Assembly: GCA_965204535.1 (NCBI GenBank)
Contig: CBDBEV010000001.1
Span: forward strand, 2,784,001 to 2,848,000
Length of the DNA: 64,000 nt
Source: a bacterium
GTDB lineage: Bacteria; UBA8248
Direction: 5' to 3'
The number at the start of each line of letters is the position of its first letter. Within the stretch, counting starts at the first letter, position 1. A program made the translations under genes and the position numbers. Shown here in pieces: positions 58,599-64,000 of the stretch. The notes under the pieces are model-generated. The model worked only from the letters and a program-made list of their open reading frames with translations, was not told the DNA's origin and searched no databases.

Positions 58599-59678
58599 AT
58601 GATCGTTCCACTCGATACGCCGGTGGCGACGCGGGCCGAGAATTTCAGGAAAGTCCTCGATTTCGATGAATCGGCCGCCTACCGCGCGCTCCAGGAAACC
58701 AAGAAGGAATACCCCGAAGCGGAAGTCCCGCCGCTTCGCAGCCCCAGGCTCAAGAGAGAGGACAGGAGCCTCGTGGCCATGGTGCGCGGGGAGACGCGCG
58801 ATGAGGCCATACGCCTGGCGGTGGAGAAACTGGGCGGGGTCCGGCATATCATCGATTCGCCAGCACCCGCGCTCCTGAAACCCAATTTCAACTCCGCCGA
58901 TCCGTTCCCGGCCTCGACGCATCCCGATACGCTCGAGACCGTCGTCGCGCTGCTGAAAGAGGCGGGTTGTGAGGAGCTGGCCGTGGGCGAGATGGGCGGC
59001 CTGCTCTCCCTGCCCGCGCGGGGGAATTTCGAGCGCTGGGGGATGAACGATTTCCAGGAGCGAACGGGCGTTGGCCTCCTGCGCTTCGACGAGGAGCCCT
59101 GGGTGAAGGCCCGGGTTCCTGGGGCGATCCGCTGGGGCGGCTGGGTGCACTGCATCGAGCGCCTGATGACGCCCGGCCAGCACGTCGTCAACCTGCCCAC
59201 CATGAAGAGCCACGGCGGCGGGCCGCGCTTCAGCCTCTCGCTCAAGAACGTCTACGGGTTCGTGCACCCGAGGGACCGCGTCCGGGCGCATTTCGTATCC
59301 CAGATGGCGGAGATGATCATGGAGACGAACCTGTTGTATTCGCCCTCGCTGATCGTGCTCGACGGGACGAAGTGCTGGATTTCGGGCGGCCCCTACACCG
59401 GCGAGGAGCGTGCGCCGAACGTGATCATCGCAGGGGACGACAGAATCGCCGTGGACGTCGTAGGGGCGTCCGTCGTGCGGGCCATGGGCTCCGAACTCCT
59501 GCGCGATTATCCCGTCTGGTCGCACCGGCAGATCAGGCGCGCGGTCGAACTCGGGCTCGGTGCGAGCGGGCCTGGAGAAGTCGAAATCCTCGCCGAGGAC
59601 ACGACGGGCGCCGCCGATTTCACGGAGCTTTCCGATCAGGTGCATGCGTTCGCCGGGGAGCCGGATCCGGGAAGTTAA
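58599..59678 (+). CDS. DUF362 domain protein
   Basis: LLKPNFN, THP, NLPTMKSH, SLKN..G, D.IAVD. Confidence 0.85.
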   Translation: MIVPLDTPVATRAENFRKVLDFDESAAYRALQETKKEYPEAEVPPLRSPRLKREDRSLVAMVRGETRDEAIRLAVEKLGGVRHIIDSPAPALLKPNFNSADPFPASTHPDTLETVVALLKEAGCEELAVGEMGGLLSLPARGNFERWGMNDFQERTGVGLLRFDEEPWVKARVPGAIRWGGWVHCIERLMTPGQHVVNLPTMKSHGGGPRFSLSLKNVYGFVHPRDRVRAHFVSQMAEMIMETNLLYSPSLIVLDGTKCWISGGPYTGEERAPNVIIAGDDRIAVDVVGASVVRAMGSELLRDYPVWSHRQIRRAVELGLGASGPGEVEILAEDTTGAADFTELSDQVHAFAGEPDPGS

Positions 59679-59775
59679 GGAAGTTTTATCCTGCTCCTTC
59701 CCGCGTTGACGCGGAAGCGCGGTTTCCGCTACATTCCTTCGCACCCCTCGGGGAGTCAGGAAATTCCACCTGTAT

Positions 59776-59851
59776 GGGGCTGTAGCTCAGCTGGGAGAGC
59801 GCATGACTGGCAGTCATGAGGTCAGGGGTTCGATCCCCCTCAGCTCCACCA
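59776..59851 (+). tRNA. tRNA-Ala (GGC)
   Basis: GGGGCTGTAGCTCAGCTGGGAGAGC, anticodon arm CATGA-CTGGCAG-TCATG, GGTTCGATCCC, encoded CCA, G3:U70. Confidence 0.97.
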
Positions 59852-59987
59852 AATAAATCAATGACATAGAGGATTTTGCTGTCAGGCGAATTTCTCGACG
59901 TCCGTTTTTATGCCTGTTACATCAATAGACAGCGACAGTTTGGCGATTGGCGCCGGGATTCCTGCGAGGATCTAATTGTCCCGGTTC

Positions 59988-60288
59988 AAGGTTGTTGCAA
60001 AAGCCCCTGAGAGGGTAATGGCGACCTCCTTGAAAGGGAAATCCCATAAAACCAACCCCCCCCTACCCCCCCTTGTCAGGGGTCAAACGCGAGTGATGAA
60101 CGAGCGTTTGCATGAGCCATTGACGAGAAACACAACGTCTTGCAAAACCTCCCTCTTCGGTCGGTTTTGACCCCTGACAAGGGGGGGTAGGGGGGGTTGG
60201 TTTTCGACGAGGGAGGTCAGGGGTTCGCGCGAAAGCGGTCTTCCCGCTAAAGGCAATACCCCACGACAAGGACTTTTTCAACAACCCC
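59988..60288. mobile_element. IS1182-end MITE with palindrome pair
   Basis: TSD GGTTC (59983-87, 60289-93). Confidence 0.8.
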
Positions 60289-60306
60289 GGTTCGCGGGAG
60301 TTTGCC

Positions 60307-61386
60307 TCAGACGAGCGTCACGCCGGATTCCGGGTCGAAAGCGTGGACGCGCGCCGGGTCGGGGCGGAGGCGGACGCGCTCGCCCTGGCTCATCCGGACG
60401 CTGGACTCCACCCGCGCGGTGAGGGAGGCGCCCCCCACGTTCAGGTCGAGGAAGATGTCCGAACCCACCGGCTCGATGATCTCGACCGCCCCCTCAATCT
60501 CGCCCTCCGCGCCCAAGCGCATGTCTTCTGGCCGAATGCCGAATACGATCTCACCGCCCCCGCGCCCCTGGAGTCCGCCCGCGCGCTCCGCCGGCAGGGG
60601 AACCCGGAAGCCTTCGCCTTCGAGGAACGTCCGCCCCGCCTCGAAACGCACCGTGGCGGAGAGGAAGTTCATCGAGGGGCTCCCGATGAAGCCCGCCACG
60701 AACTGGTTCGCCGGGTTCTGGTATACCTCCATCGGGGGGCCGACCTGCTGGATGACCCCCTCGTGCATGACCACGATCCTGTCCCCCATGGTCATGGCCT
60801 CGACCTGATCGTGGGTGACGTAGATCGAGGTGGCGGCGAGGTGCTGGTGGAGCTTGAGGAGTTCCACCCGGGTCTGGACCCGCAGCTTGGCGTCGAGGTT
60901 CGAGAGCGGCTCGTCGAAGAGGAAGACGCGCGGGTCGCGGACGATGGCGCGCCCGAGTGCGACTCGCTGGCGCTGGCCGCCGGAGAGTTTGCCCGGGTAG
61001 CGCCCGAGCAGGGTTTCGATGCCCAGGATGCCGGCGGCGCTCTTGACCCTGCGGTCGATCTCCTCCTTGGCGACCTTGCGCATCTTGAGGCCGAAGGCCA
61101 TGTTCTTGTAGACGCTCATGTGGGGGTAGAGCGCGTAGTTCTGGAACACCATGGCGATGTCGCGATCGCGCGGGTGCACGTCGTTCAGCACGCGGTCGTC
61201 GAGCAGGATGCGCCCGCTCGTGATCTCCTCGAGACCCGCGATCATCCGCAGCGTGGTGGTCTTGCCGCACCCCGATGGCCCCAGCAGCACGACGAACTCC
61301 CCGTCGTGGATCGTGAGGTTCACCTCCCGGACCGCTATCACCTCGCCGAAATCCTTGGTGAGGTCTTCGAGTAAAACTTCCCCCAT
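60307..61386 (-). CDS. carbohydrate ABC ATPase (MalK/UgpC-like)
   Basis: GPSGCGKTT, VFQNYALYPHM, LSGGQRQR, DEPLSNLDA. Confidence 0.95.
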   Translation of the reverse strand: MGEVLLEDLTKDFGEVIAVREVNLTIHDGEFVVLLGPSGCGKTTTLRMIAGLEEITSGRILLDDRVLNDVHPRDRDIAMVFQNYALYPHMSVYKNMAFGLKMRKVAKEEIDRRVKSAAGILGIETLLGRYPGKLSGGQRQRVALGRAIVRDPRVFLFDEPLSNLDAKLRVQTRVELLKLHQHLAATSIYVTHDQVEAMTMGDRIVVMHEGVIQQVGPPMEVYQNPANQFVAGFIGSPSMNFLSATVRFEAGRTFLEGEGFRVPLPAERAGGLQGRGGGEIVFGIRPEDMRLGAEGEIEGAVEIIEPVGSDIFLDLNVGGASLTARVESSVRMSQGERVRLRPDPARVHAFDPESGVTLV

Positions 61387-61518
61387 CTCAGTTTCCCCTA
61401 TCTGCGAGAAGCACGATGGACACTGGCGTGGAACCTTCCCCCCTCCATAGGGCCGGAAGGCGGGTCTTCAAGGGCTTGATGGCTGAAAACAAGTTTAGCA
61501 AAAGCGCTTTCATGCTCC

Positions 61519-62352
61519 TCACTCCTTCAGCCCCGTGAGCGTAATCCCTCGGACGAAGGCGCGCTGGAAGAACAGGAAGATGAATGCCGCCGGGATCATC
61601 CCCAACACCGCGAGCGCCATAATCTCATGGTAGGCGGCCGAATCGATGCCCTCCAGCTGGGCCAGGCCGAGCGGGAAGGTCTTCAAATGGTCGCTCGTCG
61701 CCACGATGAACGGCCAGAGGAACTGATCCCAGTTGTCACGAAAGGCGAGCAGCGCCAGCGCGCCCAGCGCGGGCTTGCAGTTGGGAAGAATGATGCGCCA
61801 GAAGATGCCGAACTCGCTGCATCCGTCCATCCGCGCCGCCTCGATGAGGGAGTCCGGTATATCCCTGATGGACTGGCGCATGAGGAAGACGCCGAAAGCG
61901 TCCACCGCCAATGGAGCAATCAGCCCGCCATAGGTGTTGACGAGACCCAGTTCCCGCACCACCAGGAAAGTAGGCACCAGCACGATCTCCAGCGGAAGCA
62001 TCAGGGTGCTCAGTATGAAGCGGAAGCACAACTCCCGGTGGGGAAAGCGGAACTTGGCCAGCCCGTAGCCCGCCAGGGTGCAGAAAACGAGGTTCCCCCC
62101 CATGACCGCGAAAGCCACGACGAAGCTGTTATAGAAATAGACCCCGAAAGCCCCTTTGGAAAGAGCGTTGGGGTAGTTCTCCCACCGGATCACCTTCGGG
62201 ATCCATTGAATGGGGAGATCGAATACCTCGATTCCCGTCTTGAGAGAGGAGGAGACCATCCAGAAGTAGGGAAGCAGCATCACCACGACTCCGGCGACAG
62301 TGAACAGGGAGATGAGCGCGCCTCCCAAGCGGAGCATCGTCTTTCGGCTCAT
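61519..62352 (-). CDS. carbohydrate ABC permease
   Basis: EAARMDG, W..FLWP. Confidence 0.92.
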   Translation of the reverse strand: MSRKTMLRLGGALISLFTVAGVVVMLLPYFWMVSSSLKTGIEVFDLPIQWIPKVIRWENYPNALSKGAFGVYFYNSFVVAFAVMGGNLVFCTLAGYGLAKFRFPHRELCFRFILSTLMLPLEIVLVPTFLVVRELGLVNTYGGLIAPLAVDAFGVFLMRQSIRDIPDSLIEAARMDGCSEFGIFWRIILPNCKPALGALALLAFRDNWDQFLWPFIVATSDHLKTFPLGLAQLEGIDSAAYHEIMALAVLGMIPAAFIFLFFQRAFVRGITLTGLKE

Positions 62353-63290
62353 TCCACCCCTCCCCGGCGCAAGAGCCGCAACTGAATCAGGGTCAGGCCG
62401 AATAGAAAGACGAAGAGCACCGTCGAAGCCGCGGCGGCCTCTCCCATCCGGAAGAAGGCGAATCCCGTTTCATAGATGAAGTAGGGAAGCACCCGGGTTG
62501 TCCCGTTGGGACCGCCTTCGGTCATGACCAGAGGGTTCAGGAACACCTTTACGGCCGAGAGAAGAGACAACACCATGACGAAGAGTATTGTGGGCAGAAG
62601 CAGGGGGATCGTCACGTAAATGAAGCGCTGGAACACGCCAGCGCCGTCGATGACGGCCGCCTCATGATATTCCTTCGGGATGGCCTGGAGGCCCGCCAGG
62701 TAAATCACGCCGAAGAGCGGGATGCCCCGCCAGATGCCGATGGCGATGAGGGCGGGCAGCGCCGACTCCTCCATCGAGAGCCAGTTGATGCGGCCGACTC
62801 CGAAAGTCTCCAGAATCGTGTTCACCAGGCCGTAGGGGTGGTACATGAACTTCCAAACCATGGCCACCACGATTTGCGACATCGCGATGGGGAAGAAGTA
62901 CGCCAGACGGATGACCGAACGCCCCGGCATCCTTCGGTTCAGGAGGAGGGCCAGGGCCAGCGCGAAGAACCACTCCGGGATGGAGACGCCGAACATGTAC
63001 TTCACCGAAACCCAGAAGGACTGGTGGAAGAGCGGGTTTTCCCAGAGGAGGTTGTAATTCTCAAGCCCCGTGAATACGGGCGGGCTCATGAGGTCGTAGC
63101 GGTAGAAACTCAGCCGGAAGGCCTGCAACATGGGGTAGAACTTGAAGATTACGAGATGAATGAGCGCAGGAAGAACGAAGAGAAACCCCGCCCAGCGGAG
63201 GTGGCTGTGGAGGGAGCGTTTCCCCCCGCCAGCCACCATCCGCCGCATGATCGAAGGTAAAGCCCGGCCGGCTCCGATCTCGCGACCCAT
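62349..63290 (-). CDS. carbohydrate ABC permease
   Basis: YLAGLQAIP..EAAVIDGA, GGP, G.AAA. Confidence 0.92.
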   Translation of the reverse strand: MGREIGAGRALPSIMRRMVAGGGKRSLHSHLRWAGFLFVLPALIHLVIFKFYPMLQAFRLSFYRYDLMSPPVFTGLENYNLLWENPLFHQSFWVSVKYMFGVSIPEWFFALALALLLNRRMPGRSVIRLAYFFPIAMSQIVVAMVWKFMYHPYGLVNTILETFGVGRINWLSMEESALPALIAIGIWRGIPLFGVIYLAGLQAIPKEYHEAAVIDGAGVFQRFIYVTIPLLLPTILFVMVLSLLSAVKVFLNPLVMTEGGPNGTTRVLPYFIYETGFAFFRMGEAAAASTVLFVFLFGLTLIQLRLLRRGGVE

Positions 63291-63301
63291 CGATTCTCCG
63301 C

Positions 63302-64000
63302 CTACTTCTTGGCCAGCGCCGCGTCGATCTCCTTACACGCCCTGTCGAGCGACTTCTTGGGGTCGTCCTTTCTCAAGACCACGCGCTCCATCGCACGGTG
63401 AATGGCCTGGTTGATCTCGATGATCTTGGCGGAGCGCTGGACATAGCGTCCGTTCGAGATGTCATTTACGAACACGTCCAGGTAGCGCGTCTTTCGCGCC
63501 TCTTCCATCCCGGGAAGGTTCAAGAAACCTTTGTCGGGATGGGGATAGGCCGTCCGCTCGTACCACGTCTTGGGGTCCTTGACGACGTATTTGATCACGT
63601 CATGCACTATCTTCTGCTTCGCCTCGGAAATATGGGGATTCACCGCGAGGGCGAAGCCGTAAATCGGCGTCACGGGCTTTTTGGGGTCCACCTGCGGGAA
63701 GGGCACCACCTTCACGTACTTCATCACCTTGGGGCCGAATTGCGCCACGCTCCCCGCGTGGGTGATGAACATGGAGACGCGCCCCTTGGGCAAATCGTCC
63801 GCCGGGAGGGCGTTGGTGCCCAGGCTGATGGTGGGGTCCGAGGCCTTGTAGTGGTGCGCAATCCTGGCCCGGACGTTCATGGCCTTCACGCCCGCCTCGC
63901 TGTTGGCCGTGCACTTCTTCCCGGAGGCGTCGAGGACTTCTCCCCCGTATTGCCGAATCGTCGTGTTGAAGTACCACATCGTCCAGGTGGAGGAGTGCAT
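63302..64000 (-). CDS. carbohydrate ABC substrate-binding protein (5' truncated by window)
   Basis: operon context; QYGG.VLD, G.VSM, DPKKSLD.A. Confidence 0.85.
   Translation of the reverse strand: MHSSTWTMWYFNTTIRQYGGEVLDASGKKCTANSEAGVKAMNVRARIAHHYKASDPTISLGTNALPADDLPKGRVSMFITHAGSVAQFGPKVMKYVKVVPFPQVDPKKPVTPIYGFALAVNPHISEAKQKIVHDVIKYVVKDPKTWYERTAYPHPDKGFLNLPGMEEARKTRYLDVFVNDISNGRYVQRSAKIIEINQAIHRAMERVVLRKDDPKKSLDRACKEIDAALAKK

Overview
High-GC bacterial chromosome segment. The gene mix (orphan solute-binding proteins, TRAP/ABC transporters, many hydrolases, Sel1-like and TbpB-like surface proteins, dense palindromic repeats) suggests a host-associated heterotroph; this is inference only. 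The backbone carries catabolic and transport genes, rmuC, a chorismate mutase and tRNA-Ala(GGC). Overlaid on it are: (i) a Cre-like tyrosine recombinase and a surface lipoprotein arranged divergently around a ~200-bp segment bounded by two inverted TAA-TTACTA-TTA sites and containing a near-consensus sigma70 promoter, i.e. a candidate invertible promoter toggling between the recombinase and the lipoprotein; (ii) five foreign or accessory cargo segments (DarT1-NADAR, Sel1-like gene, ParA-like pair, TA pair, small membrane protein), each bracketed by a diverged direct duplication of local sequence, usually a host gene end, with no integrase inside the cargo; (iii) an AhpD-like CxxU selenoprotein that the ORF track splits at an in-frame UGA followed by a bSECIS-like hairpin; (iv) IS1182 elements, one nested inside another, plus a family of MITEs with the same ends and 5-bp target duplications that carry REP-like palindromes; (v) several TA modules. 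No CRISPR array or rRNA was seen. All family assignments are by motif recognition, not database search.
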